Of a stretch of 64,000 bases of DNA, positions 48,837 through 58,438 are shown in pieces. The position numbers were made by a program, and so were the translations under genes. The notes under the pieces were generated by a model. That model worked only from the letters and a program-made list of their open reading frames with translations. It was not told the DNA's origin and ran no database searches. Origin of the DNA: Sedimentisphaerales bacterium (GTDB taxonomy: Bacteria > Planctomycetota > Phycisphaerae > Sedimentisphaerales > SM23-30); assembly GCA_963663965.2 (NCBI GenBank), contig CAXXFK010000028.1, positions 352,001 to 416,000 on the forward strand, written 5' to 3'. How positions within the stretch are numbered: position 1 is the stretch's first letter; every line of letters begins with the position of its first letter.

Positions 48837-51269
48837 TCAATATTCCGGCCACAGCCAGAAATCCTTCAGAAAGATCAGGTCATCGATATTGACCGCGTTA
48901 TCCGGCTCAAGATCCGCGGCCAGACCGCTTTGCTCCTCCAGCCAGTCAGCCGAAACAATCTTCAAATCGCTCAGGTCAACATAACCATCATGAGAAAGAT
49001 CGGCGATAGGGTGGTAATACTCAATTTCCCAGATACGCGAAATATCTATATTGGTAGTGCTGACCAGCAGCCGTATCCGGTCGCTCTGAATCGGCCGGAA
49101 GGTTCCAAACCATTTGATCTGGGTATTACTCAAGGCGCCGGAATCGGGAATATCGATCCAGGCGCCGTTCTGATACGTTTGAAATTTAAATCCCCCAATC
49201 GGATCCTGCCAGACACTGCCGTTTTTATAACCGCTGATTATCCGGCAGGCGCTGATCCAGCGGGGCGTACTCCAGATATAATCGATCGTATCCGGTATAC
49301 TCGATCCACTGCTCAGCCAGCGGGTACTGTTGGTGCTGATATCCGCTTTGCCATCATTCAAATTCGATTTCGGATAGGTACTGGCGTTATAATTGCTCGA
49401 AACAATCACCGTCGCCGCCGGCCCCATATTCGGCCCGATCTTTTCAGGCCAGCCCTCCGGGGTTGGGGGAGAGGTCTTATACACCAGTTTTTTCAACGCG
49501 GCCAGATAGTTCTGATAAATCCCGCGCGGCGTCGTATGATATTTCTTGCACAAACTGGCTGCGTACCCAACCGCAATACCCATCTGCCCCGTCGTCCGCA
49601 TCACCCGCGGCCCACCCAGACCCACATGAGAACAACTGAAGCACCGCCCGGCCATCATCAGGTTCTCGATATTCCGCGAATAAAGACACCGGAACGGCAC
49701 ATAATAACGCGGCACACTGCGATAAAGCGCTTCCGAAAGAAAGTCGTATTGGCTGCCTTCTTCCTTCTGCTGAAAGTGAACATCGATTTCACGGGTCTCT
49801 TCCACCACCGCGTCCTCAAACTGTGTTCCGCTGACTTCATCGTTCATGGTATAGATATAATCACCCATCAGACGGCGGGATTCCCGTTTGCCACTCAAAT
49901 ACCCAACCCAGTCCAGCTTACGATTCGGATTACTGCCATTCTTTTTGGCGTTGGCAAACGAACCATAAATCGCCCGCAGGACATGGTCACGGATTTCCTC
50001 GGCGTCATCGATATGATTCTTGGCGTTATCGGTGTATTCCCAGTACCATTCCCCATTCAAAGCGACGTGGTCCTTAGCCACATCCATCGCCCAGGGCACC
50101 TCAGGAAACGCCACTGCCGATGAAGCGTTCGACGAATACCACAGCAGCGAAGCGCCCATAATCCGGTCATCCGGTGTTTCCGGCGACCAGAGTTCACCAT
50201 GGGTGCTCCAGCCTTCGTTAAATTCATTTTTACTCTCACGCCCATAGCGATAGTCAGCCCCGGCCCAGTAGCCGATCCAGCCATCGCCGGTACAATCGAT
50301 AAAGATGTCGGATCGAATCCGCAACGCCTCACCCGTAATCGTTGAACTGGTATCCACACTGACGATCTTCGCGCCTTCAGTCACTACATCATAAGCGCGA
50401 TACGGCCGGAACATCGTCAGATTTTCTGCCGATTCCATCGCCTGCTGACGTTTGGCCTCATCAATCAGTGCGTCCGGACTGCCGTTGGGATAATGTTCCG
50501 TGTCGATCTTTTCCAGAATATGCTGACCGGCCCCATAAACACCCAGGGTGTGCACGCGAATTTCACTGCTGGCGTTGCCTCCCAGCGCCATGCGATCGTG
50601 AATCAGCGCGACTTGCATACCCTGTTCAGTTGCAGCCAGTGCCGCGGCGCATCCGGCGATACCACCGCCCACAATCACCACATCAAATCGCCCGCCATCA
50701 GGCGGAGTTTGCGGCAGGCCTCGCAATTGATTACGCCATTGCCGGTCAATAGCAGGATTCGCCGGATCGTAGTTAACCGGCGCCGCCGCCGGATTGGTAT
50801 CGAAATAAAGGGCGTCACATCGGCCATCAAATCCTGTCAGGTCTTTAAGACGTACTTCAACCGTAAGCTGATTGATCGTAACCGAACCGCCCGCCTGCCA
50901 GGTCCACCCCGGTTCCGTGCCAAAAGTAGCGATAACCGGCATGTTATTGATCATAACCTGAAAACGCCCCGGCGCCTCCCAGTCACCCGGTACCCAGTTT
51001 TTAGTTCGTACCCAGAGCTGGTATTGACCCGCCGCCGGAAAAGTAACCGTCGTTACCGCGTCTTCGACCGGTTCACCCAGACCATGAGCTAATAAATAGG
51101 GTGAACCCATATTCGGCATAAACTGCTGATCGAGCGACCAGCCGCCCCGATTTGCAAAACTCTCTGCTTCTACCAGGAGTGACGCCGCTTGAGCGTACAG
51201 TTGAATAAATAACACGGTTAATGCGGCAATCAGGCAGGTAACAAACGGCGTGAATTTTCTAGCGGTCAT
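48837..51269 (-). CDS. Secreted FAD-dependent oxidoreductase with discoidin-like and dockerin-like C-terminal domains
   Basis: Signal peptide, VGGGIAG, LGGNASSE, IDCTGDG, KRESRRL, NLMMAGR; paired DL..DG.VD..DL motifs. Confidence 0.88.
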   Translation of the reverse strand: MTARKFTPFVTCLIAALTVLFIQLYAQAASLLVEAESFANRGGWSLDQQFMPNMGSPYLLAHGLGEPVEDAVTTVTFPAAGQYQLWVRTKNWVPGDWEAPGRFQVMINNMPVIATFGTEPGWTWQAGGSVTINQLTVEVRLKDLTGFDGRCDALYFDTNPAAAPVNYDPANPAIDRQWRNQLRGLPQTPPDGGRFDVVIVGGGIAGCAAALAATEQGMQVALIHDRMALGGNASSEIRVHTLGVYGAGQHILEKIDTEHYPNGSPDALIDEAKRQQAMESAENLTMFRPYRAYDVVTEGAKIVSVDTSSTITGEALRIRSDIFIDCTGDGWIGYWAGADYRYGRESKNEFNEGWSTHGELWSPETPDDRIMGASLLWYSSNASSAVAFPEVPWAMDVAKDHVALNGEWYWEYTDNAKNHIDDAEEIRDHVLRAIYGSFANAKKNGSNPNRKLDWVGYLSGKRESRRLMGDYIYTMNDEVSGTQFEDAVVEETREIDVHFQQKEEGSQYDFLSEALYRSVPRYYVPFRCLYSRNIENLMMAGRCFSCSHVGLGGPRVMRTTGQMGIAVGYAASLCKKYHTTPRGIYQNYLAALKKLVYKTSPPTPEGWPEKIGPNMGPAATVIVSSNYNASTYPKSNLNDGKADISTNSTRWLSSGSSIPDTIDYIWSTPRWISACRIISGYKNGSVWQDPIGGFKFQTYQNGAWIDIPDSGALSNTQIKWFGTFRPIQSDRIRLLVSTTNIDISRIWEIEYYHPIADLSHDGYVDLSDLKIVSADWLEEQSGLAADLEPDNAVNIDDLIFLKDFWLWPEY

Positions 51270-51343
51270 AGGGGAACCTTTATTTTATGTATTTGTGATT
51301 CTGATAAAGAGGAGAAAGGTAATTTCAGTAAATAAATAAACAT

Positions 51344-51377
51344 AAAATTCCGGCTGAAGTTTCGCTCCAGCCGGAAT
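51344..51377 (-). terminator. Intrinsic terminator
   Basis: ATTCCGGCTG/CAGCCGGAAT stem with a T-rich tail on the minus strand. Confidence 0.65.
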
Positions 51378-51401
51378 AGTGAAATTTACATCAAGGATGG
51401 C

Positions 51402-53303
51402 TTAGTTGCAATCGGTTTCTGGCATCATATTGCATTCCAGCCATGAAACCGTAAACGCAGCCAGGTCAAACAGGTCAACGACACAGTCCGGAGTGCCTTC
51501 CGGCCCGGTAACGTCAAACTGAGGATTGGCGTAACAGAAACTCTCGCCGGTGAAATCATGATAAATTTCAGCAATTTCACGAGCGCTCAGTGAATAATTA
51601 TAGAACCGGACATCATCAACCAAACCGGTGAAGTACGCAGTGCTGATAGGCGACGCGGTACCGAAAATCAACGGACTGCCACTGTGAACAAACGGGCCGT
51701 TTGCAGCTTGGGTTCCCGCTAGAACTCCATCAACATATAACCGGAATTCCAGCGCCAAGCTGTCAAATTCCATCGTAATCATGTGCCACTTGGTGCCTAA
51801 TATATTTGTACCAGTCAGGATTCCAATTCCTTCCAGCTCACCGCTGGCGGCGCCGCTCTGGGTGTACATAAACCAGCCAATCTGACCAGCAGTGGTTTCA
51901 CGTTTGCTGAGAATGGCGCTGAGAGAGGCCGTACTGCCCGATTTAACGAAACAGGTAACGGTAAAACTGGGTGTATTGAAATAATCTTCGCTATCAGCTA
52001 TGGTAACAAATCGACCATCTGCCATTAAATTGACCGCACTGCCGTCAATGCCTTCAGCGAAATTAGGATCGACCATCGTGCCATCATACCCATCACCCAA
52101 CGCGTTGGTCAGATCGCCATCCAGCTTCCAGTGACCCAGCATGCGTTTAATATACAGGGTGGCCGCTTCAGAATCGGCGGTTCCTGCTGAATTAGTGATT
52201 TGACACCAGTAACTGGTTTCATCAGCCATCGTTACATTTTCAAGTGTCAGAACCGGCGAATTGGTGCCAATAGACACCGAAGTATCACCCGGTTCACCTT
52301 TATACCAGGCATAGCCGGATGGAGTCTGTGAAGTGGCTACCAGACTGATTGTGGCAGTCTGGCCTTCAAAAACAAAGGTATCCTGGGGCTGCTGGACGAT
52401 ATCTGCCAGGGTACGGGTTGTAGAGAAAGACCAGACATCGCCGGTGATGGAACCATTGGGATCAGGTACAATCGTGTCAATTCGCCAGAAATAAGTCGTA
52501 TCCGTAACCAATTCTGGTTGATAAGTTTCTGTACCGGCTGCCAGAGTGGCGACCAGTACCAGGTTGGGATCAGTTCCTATCCAGACCTGAAGTTCCTCAA
52601 TAGCAGGAGCCGGCTGGCTGGGATTGGCCTTGTCACGGGCACATTCCCAGTTAATCGAACTGCCTGTAGCGATTTCCTCGGCGCCATTGGCCGGAGAGAC
52701 GTTTAACGCCTTTAACGATTCAGTTTGACTGATAATCACATTGTCAATTCCCAAACGTTGAGCTGAAGTGCCATTCCAGGAATTGGGACCGCCGGCAAAT
52801 GAAACGTAAAGGTTTTTGCCAACAGCCGCTAGAGGTACTTTGGCAATAATTGGAATCAGATCTTCAGTCCAGACACTCGGCGGTAAATCGCCTTCAAAAA
52901 TCTCGCCACTGCCAATGATCATTTTCTGATCGCCGTCCATGTAATATAAAGTGGCCAGCAATGAACTGTCGCGAACTATATTTGTCATATTCCTGACATC
53001 TACCTGCAAAGTCAGTAAATCGTTGGCCTGAATGACATAACCGGTATTTTTGGCAATCGTTCCGGAAACCAGATTTTCACGTGTGGTCGAGCCGCCTCCA
53101 CCCCAGGCATAATTTTGTGGATTACCATAGCCGCTGAAAGACAACGCCCATGAGACACTCGCGCTGCTATCCCAGTTATTGTCACCAAACGTTTTACCCG
53201 CTTCGAATCCGTCATTGAATACTTCCGCGGCATGGAGAGTAGAGAATCCCAGTGCCAGTATTGTGGTCAATAAACCAAGCCAGAACACTTTTCCATTTTT
53301 CAT
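51402..53303 (-). CDS. Secreted Ig + LamG + half-dockerin protein
   Basis: Signal peptide; TYFWRID; YAWYK…YWCQITNSAG (Ig); WHMI…LYVDG…VDDVRFYN (LamG). Confidence 0.85.
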   Translation of the reverse strand: MKNGKVFWLGLLTTILALGFSTLHAAEVFNDGFEAGKTFGDNNWDSSASVSWALSFSGYGNPQNYAWGGGGSTTRENLVSGTIAKNTGYVIQANDLLTLQVDVRNMTNIVRDSSLLATLYYMDGDQKMIIGSGEIFEGDLPPSVWTEDLIPIIAKVPLAAVGKNLYVSFAGGPNSWNGTSAQRLGIDNVIISQTESLKALNVSPANGAEEIATGSSINWECARDKANPSQPAPAIEELQVWIGTDPNLVLVATLAAGTETYQPELVTDTTYFWRIDTIVPDPNGSITGDVWSFSTTRTLADIVQQPQDTFVFEGQTATISLVATSQTPSGYAWYKGEPGDTSVSIGTNSPVLTLENVTMADETSYWCQITNSAGTADSEAATLYIKRMLGHWKLDGDLTNALGDGYDGTMVDPNFAEGIDGSAVNLMADGRFVTIADSEDYFNTPSFTVTCFVKSGSTASLSAILSKRETTAGQIGWFMYTQSGAASGELEGIGILTGTNILGTKWHMITMEFDSLALEFRLYVDGVLAGTQAANGPFVHSGSPLIFGTASPISTAYFTGLVDDVRFYNYSLSAREIAEIYHDFTGESFCYANPQFDVTGPEGTPDCVVDLFDLAAFTVSWLECNMMPETDCN

Positions 53304-53417
53304 AACATTACTCCTGTGTATTAAACTCCATTGCTAGTTCCACCGGGTGTCTTACACGGAACATCCGGTACGAGTTCTTTATTTCGATATGACGCTAATT
53401 TACATAAACTACAAAGG

Positions 53418-55172
53418 TTAATCATTTATTTGACTGATGACTAAGGATGGCTCTGCAAATAATCCCAGGTCCATTCCGGAACCATCGCCATGATCGGTAA
53501 TGACCAGTGTCAGGAACCGTTCTTTGCCGGTAAGAGGCAAGTCGATTTCGAGTGGTTCACTGCCACAAAGCTGTTTGAGCGCCTGTTGCCGGATTTCGCC
53601 GTCAATGGCAACCCAGATATCGATACTGGCGCTGCCATGCTCGGCGTCTTTAATCAAATCATCAGGCACGCCTGCCAGGGAGCGAAATGCGGTCAGTTGC
53701 AGCGAAGATCCCAATTTCTCCCGAATTGCGGCCAGGTCGAAAGTGATTCCGGCATTGGCGTGCATATAGATAGCCGACTGATTATCGATACCATAAGCCT
53801 GACCAGCCATGACACACCGACTGGAGCAGGGACCCGAAGGCAATCCCATGCCATAATAAAGTATTTCGCCTTGATTGATGATATTGGCATAACAACGCCC
53901 ATCAGTCTGAGGCAGATCATTTAAATGCAGACCAGATGTCGAGATAACTGTTTCGCTGCCGATTTTGGGTACGAATACAGTATCTATAAATGGATTCGAA
54001 TCTGCGGGAGAAGATCCGGTATAGAGTAAAACCAGCTTTTTTTGATCAAATATAACCGGTTGACCGGTTGCCGGGTTCACTCCACTTCCACGGCGCCCGG
54101 TTCCAAAACCGTCTCCACCTCCAATAATATCGGCCAGATCGATAGAAGATTGACCTTTCCACCTCAGATGGCTGTGGGAATCGATTTGACGGACATAACG
54201 GTGAGAATCCAGGGCAATAGTTTTAACCTGGCCAATCGGGTTCACTTGCCGGGCCTGGCCGAATGTTACTTCACATTGGGCCTTTTTGTCATATTCCATG
54301 CCGGAAATAAGCAATGTTTTGCCTTTTATGACGTGAAGTTGCGTATTTCGATCGCGATCCACCTCAACCCCAAATTCCGTACCGAGATCGATAATTTTGG
54401 CTTGATCTGTTTTAATGGCGAAACCAATAGCTTGTTCGGGGACATTGGCATAGGCGCGGCCGGTATTAAGTTGCATGGCATCTTCATCCAGAAGTACCCA
54501 TTGGGCGGGACCTTCAATTAGAACTTCAGCGCCGCTGTTGAATCGAATATGGGCACATCCTTGGTTGAGTTGATAGGTATCCTGGCTCATCCGACCGTCA
54601 TTATGTGGTAGCCGGCTGGTTTTATCCCATTGGACATCGAGCTGATCAATCAGTTGTGCCACGACCCGGCGGGGATGAATGGCGCTTTCACGCATAATCC
54701 AGCGGTCCAGACCAATGATGGCCAGACACAGTAGGATAATGGCCGCTGCTTTTATAATGACATTTAGTAACTGCACTCGACTGGGACGCGTACGATGCAA
54801 AGGCCTGACAGGTGTAATGTCATTAATCTCTTGTTTATCAAAATCTTCCGTGCGATTGAGCCTGTCGATGTCGGCTTCGACGATTTCCGCGAAGCAGCGG
54901 GTGTCCTCCAGCATGGCGGGATCGGTTTCAACTTGAATTTCAGGAACATGGCTGGCTACTTCCGCCATGACAGGGTGACTGTTGATCGAGATATCCCTTG
55001 ATAATTTTAAACCGGCATGAACCGTCATAAAGTCGATATAAAATGCAAAAAGAACCGGATCATTATTAATCGTTTGTTCCAGTTCCAGAAATTCTGCTTC
55101 GTCAATGGTCTGATCCAGCAATTTAGTGATCAGGCAGCTTAATTTAAATTTAAGTGCGGTATCAGTATTCAT
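53418..55172 (-). CDS. FecR-type anti-sigma factor with C-terminal NPCBM-like domain
   Basis: TM helix, FNSGAEVLIEGPA, IIDLGTEFGV, HANAGITFDL; ATGA overlap with the ECF gene. Confidence 0.88.
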   Translation of the reverse strand: MNTDTALKFKLSCLITKLLDQTIDEAEFLELEQTINNDPVLFAFYIDFMTVHAGLKLSRDISINSHPVMAEVASHVPEIQVETDPAMLEDTRCFAEIVEADIDRLNRTEDFDKQEINDITPVRPLHRTRPSRVQLLNVIIKAAAIILLCLAIIGLDRWIMRESAIHPRRVVAQLIDQLDVQWDKTSRLPHNDGRMSQDTYQLNQGCAHIRFNSGAEVLIEGPAQWVLLDEDAMQLNTGRAYANVPEQAIGFAIKTDQAKIIDLGTEFGVEVDRDRNTQLHVIKGKTLLISGMEYDKKAQCEVTFGQARQVNPIGQVKTIALDSHRYVRQIDSHSHLRWKGQSSIDLADIIGGGDGFGTGRRGSGVNPATGQPVIFDQKKLVLLYTGSSPADSNPFIDTVFVPKIGSETVISTSGLHLNDLPQTDGRCYANIINQGEILYYGMGLPSGPCSSRCVMAGQAYGIDNQSAIYMHANAGITFDLAAIREKLGSSLQLTAFRSLAGVPDDLIKDAEHGSASIDIWVAIDGEIRQQALKQLCGSEPLEIDLPLTGKERFLTLVITDHGDGSGMDLGLFAEPSLVISQIND

Positions 55173-55705
55173 CGGGTATCTCCAGCGGCGATAGACCGTT
55201 TGACACACTCCACCAGCACTAGATGGATACGTGCAATGGTTTTGTAAAGCCCTTGAATCGTCCGGCCAAAGGTATTGGCCAGGCTTTGGGTGGTCATATC
55301 GCGGCTGTATCGCATTCGGATAATTTGCTTATCAGTCTCTTTCAGTTTATCAATACATCCATCCAGTATTTTGAGTTGCTCAGTAACCATATCGGGCGAT
55401 TGCTTTTCGGTGTATTCCAGAATACGGTTGAAGAGCTCATCATTAAAATGCAGACACGATTTTTTATTATTTTCACGAAATTTCATAATGCGGTAACGGG
55501 CCACCTGAATACCCCAGGCGGAAAAGTTGGAACCGGACCTGTACTTATCAAAATTACGCCACATGTACATGACCGTTTCCTGAAACAGGTCATCCGCGTC
55601 AGAATCGCTGGGTATCAGGGACTGGATAAAACCAAAAATCCGTTTCTGATTGGCCATCAGCAACGCCAGAAAGTTCTCATCAGGTTTTGATTTTTTAGAG
55701 GTCAT
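55169..55705 (-). CDS. ECF sigma factor (Rhodopirellula/Verrucomicrobia type)
   Basis: DADDLFQET..MWRNFD, FSAWGIQVARY, LDGCIDKL, RIHLVLVECV. Confidence 0.92.
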   Translation of the reverse strand: MTSKKSKPDENFLALLMANQKRIFGFIQSLIPSDSDADDLFQETVMYMWRNFDKYRSGSNFSAWGIQVARYRIMKFRENNKKSCLHFNDELFNRILEYTEKQSPDMVTEQLKILDGCIDKLKETDKQIIRMRYSRDMTTQSLANTFGRTIQGLYKTIARIHLVLVECVKRSIAAGDTR

Positions 55706-55933
55706 ACAGATAGTAACGAACCGATTTCTCGATTAATCTCAACACCTTGCTAAATTGAACTGCATTTGGGATAGACGATAATATCAGAATTTTGGAGTCA
55801 AAAAAATTATTTTTATACCTTATCGTTAGTACTTATTGATTTGATAATGAGAAGCACTGCTGTAACTGGTTGAATTTTAAGAAGATACGACTGTTGCTAA
55901 TGCAAGCGGATTATCGATGGCTAATTGATCAGT

Positions 55934-55966
55934 AAGAAAGCCCGGAACCGCAAAATTCCGGGCTTT
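55934..55966 (-). terminator. Intrinsic terminator
   Basis: AAAGCCCGGAA/TTCCGGGCTTT stem. Confidence 0.7.
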
Positions 55967-55996
55967 AAATTCACTACAATCCAGAATTAAAGGGGC

Positions 55997-58330
55997 CTAT
56001 TGGCAATTTTCCCGAGGCATCAGGTTGCACTCCAGCCAGGATTCGGTGAAGATAGCCAAATCGAGTATGTTAACAATACAGTCCCGGTTGAGATCGTAAG
56101 GACTGAAGGACATGCATTCTTTCTTTAAATACAAGGCTTCAATTGATTCGGCCGGCAGAGCATAAGAATAAATCCGAACATCATCAATAATGCCATTCCA
56201 GTATCGCCCGGCATCACTACGCCCCCCAATCCATAACGGATCTGGTTGCGGGGAAATGGTACCTGAGGCTGGAACGGCGACGTCAACGTGGCCATCGACA
56301 TAAAGAGTGAGGGTATTGCCATCATAGGTGCCCGCCACATGGTGCCATTGATTATCGATAATCGCTGTGGCGCCATTGGCTTGCATAGCGCCTGCTGATG
56401 TGTCAATATGGTAAGCTGCCGCGCTGGTGTTATTATTCCGGCATAAACGCCAGGTCCAGCGGCCTTTACCTGCTATGGAGGCCCAGGCATTGTCAAGATA
56501 TGGCGTTTTGATCCAGGCGCAAACAGTGCCACCCGTGGATAAATCAAATGAACTATCTGAACCACAATCCAGCCAGGAACTGCCATCAAAATAAGTAGCA
56601 TCAGTGCCTACCGATCGGTCCTGGGTGAAGCTGGGGGCGCCCCCTGGAGAAGCGTTACGATGGTTCCCACTGGTATCCTGATAGTTGCCATCCAGCGGCC
56701 AGTGCCCGATGAGGCCGCCTATGGTCAGGCGTGCAGATGCCGAACGGGCAGTTCCGGCTGAGTTGACCACTTCGCAATAATAAATGCCCTGGTCTGCTGA
56801 TGTGATTGCTGTCAGGATCAGATTTTTGATGTCGATGGCAATTAATGCGTCCGGCCCGGATTCAGACTGTTTATACCAGTAATAGTGCATAGACAATGGA
56901 CTTATGGCGTCGACAGCAAAAGTAACGGTGTCACCTTCATTTGCCAGGATATCATCTGGAGAATTGGTAATAAAAGGTGCATCTGGATCAATCGGTTGGG
57001 GATCGAATAAACCGACAATTGCCAGATTAAAATTGGTAAATGTAGTTAGTTTACCCCGTGTCCAGAGCAATATAGTATAAGGTCCATCCCAGATCGGAAC
57101 AATCGGGCGAATATTATCCTGTATTGAGTTTCGGGTAATCGGTGCCCAGGTCCAGTTTTCGCCCATATCAGTGGTAGTACCTCGAAATATTTCATAATGA
57201 CGTTGACTGTCAGCTGAACTAACCAGCGGTTCTCCGGAATAGGGATTGGCATCGGTAGAAATATAGACGATGTCAGGATTCTGTGGATCAAGGGCAACCA
57301 GACCGCTGTAATCATCTTCACCTGCGTAAAGTTTCGTGCCGGCATAGGCCATTTCACTAACATGCCAGCCAGAACCATCCCAGCGGCTATAATAGTAGCG
57401 GATATCGAAACCACCCTGGCCGGATGGCAAACCGGCGCCATCTTTCTGGACGGAAAAGGCAATATAAGGATTTCCATTAATATCCAAATGGATGTCAGTA
57501 GTCCAGGCGACATTATCCGCATCGCCTGGAAATACTCTAGTAAGCTGTTCGGGAGCAACCGGACCATCTGTTAGGTTTTGGATTTTCGTTCCATCTGATC
57601 GATAAATTCCCCCATCGAAAATATATCCGTGATAGATACTGTTATCATAATTGCGAGGATGCCCTTCTGTGGTAATGAAATGGATCGTATCGATATTGTT
57701 TGAAGCGTATTTGACATAAGGCCGATGCCCATCTTTGCGAATAAGATGCCCACCGTAATACCAACTTTGACCGTCATCATCGGAGACAATATAATTAGGA
57801 TTATAATTTTCTCCGCGATAGAAATCATATATCCGGCCATTTTCAGCGCTCAAACGAAAGAGGTTCGAATAACAGACACTGGCATTGCGTTCTTCAATCA
57901 GTTCTGGTTGCCATTGTGAGGTATCATTGGGATTGGAAGTAATTCGTCGGCGAATATAGCGATCAGAACTGTGCTTGCTGTACATTGCGAGAATCCGATC
58001 GTCGGGGAGAGCTAAAAAGGCTGGCAGATCATGGTCGTCCCCCTGTAAGTTAGCATGTAATACAAACGTTATAGGCATGCCTCCATTATTCAGATCGTAG
58101 GTTGTTACTTCTATATTTCCATCTCGACTTGAACCATCTGGACCGGAAGCGTCTGCTACGGATCCCATGATCAGTTTGTTATCATGAACGATGACTCGTT
58201 CATCCTGATACCAGCACCAGCCAGCATTGTCATTGAAAACCATAGGTTCAGCGGCTGACAGAAGACCCCAAAATAGACTTGTCACTATTTGAAAAGCCAG
58301 GCAGGTAAGTATTGGTCGGTATATATCCAT
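55997..58330 (-). CDS. Secreted BNR-4-type propeller protein with Ig, LamG and half-dockerin domains
   Basis: GWCWYQDER, DDHDLP, SDDDGQSW Asp-box, RPYVKY, HPR, NIRP. Confidence 0.85.
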   Translation of the reverse strand: MDIYRPILTCLAFQIVTSLFWGLLSAAEPMVFNDNAGWCWYQDERVIVHDNKLIMGSVADASGPDGSSRDGNIEVTTYDLNNGGMPITFVLHANLQGDDHDLPAFLALPDDRILAMYSKHSSDRYIRRRITSNPNDTSQWQPELIEERNASVCYSNLFRLSAENGRIYDFYRGENYNPNYIVSDDDGQSWYYGGHLIRKDGHRPYVKYASNNIDTIHFITTEGHPRNYDNSIYHGYIFDGGIYRSDGTKIQNLTDGPVAPEQLTRVFPGDADNVAWTTDIHLDINGNPYIAFSVQKDGAGLPSGQGGFDIRYYYSRWDGSGWHVSEMAYAGTKLYAGEDDYSGLVALDPQNPDIVYISTDANPYSGEPLVSSADSQRHYEIFRGTTTDMGENWTWAPITRNSIQDNIRPIVPIWDGPYTILLWTRGKLTTFTNFNLAIVGLFDPQPIDPDAPFITNSPDDILANEGDTVTFAVDAISPLSMHYYWYKQSESGPDALIAIDIKNLILTAITSADQGIYYCEVVNSAGTARSASARLTIGGLIGHWPLDGNYQDTSGNHRNASPGGAPSFTQDRSVGTDATYFDGSSWLDCGSDSSFDLSTGGTVCAWIKTPYLDNAWASIAGKGRWTWRLCRNNNTSAAAYHIDTSAGAMQANGATAIIDNQWHHVAGTYDGNTLTLYVDGHVDVAVPASGTISPQPDPLWIGGRSDAGRYWNGIIDDVRIYSYALPAESIEALYLKKECMSFSPYDLNRDCIVNILDLAIFTESWLECNLMPRENCQ

Positions 58331-58361
58331 TCGTCATCTTCTCCGGTTTAGTAATGGAATA

Positions 58362-58393
58362 CAGGAAGGTTCGCGACGGGGCGAACCTTCCTG
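58362..58393. terminator. Intergenic hairpin (terminator or mRNA stabiliser)
   Basis: 13-bp stem CAGGAAGGTTCGC/GCGAACCTTCCTG. Confidence 0.55.
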
Positions 58394-58438
58394 ATCATAG
58401 AGGTAATGGATTGAAAAAATTGATGCCAATTATGCTAA

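Noticed and set aside
48798..50123. 441-aa plus-strand ORF
   Set aside because: Antisense shadow of the FAD oxidoreductase, with no recognisable motifs.
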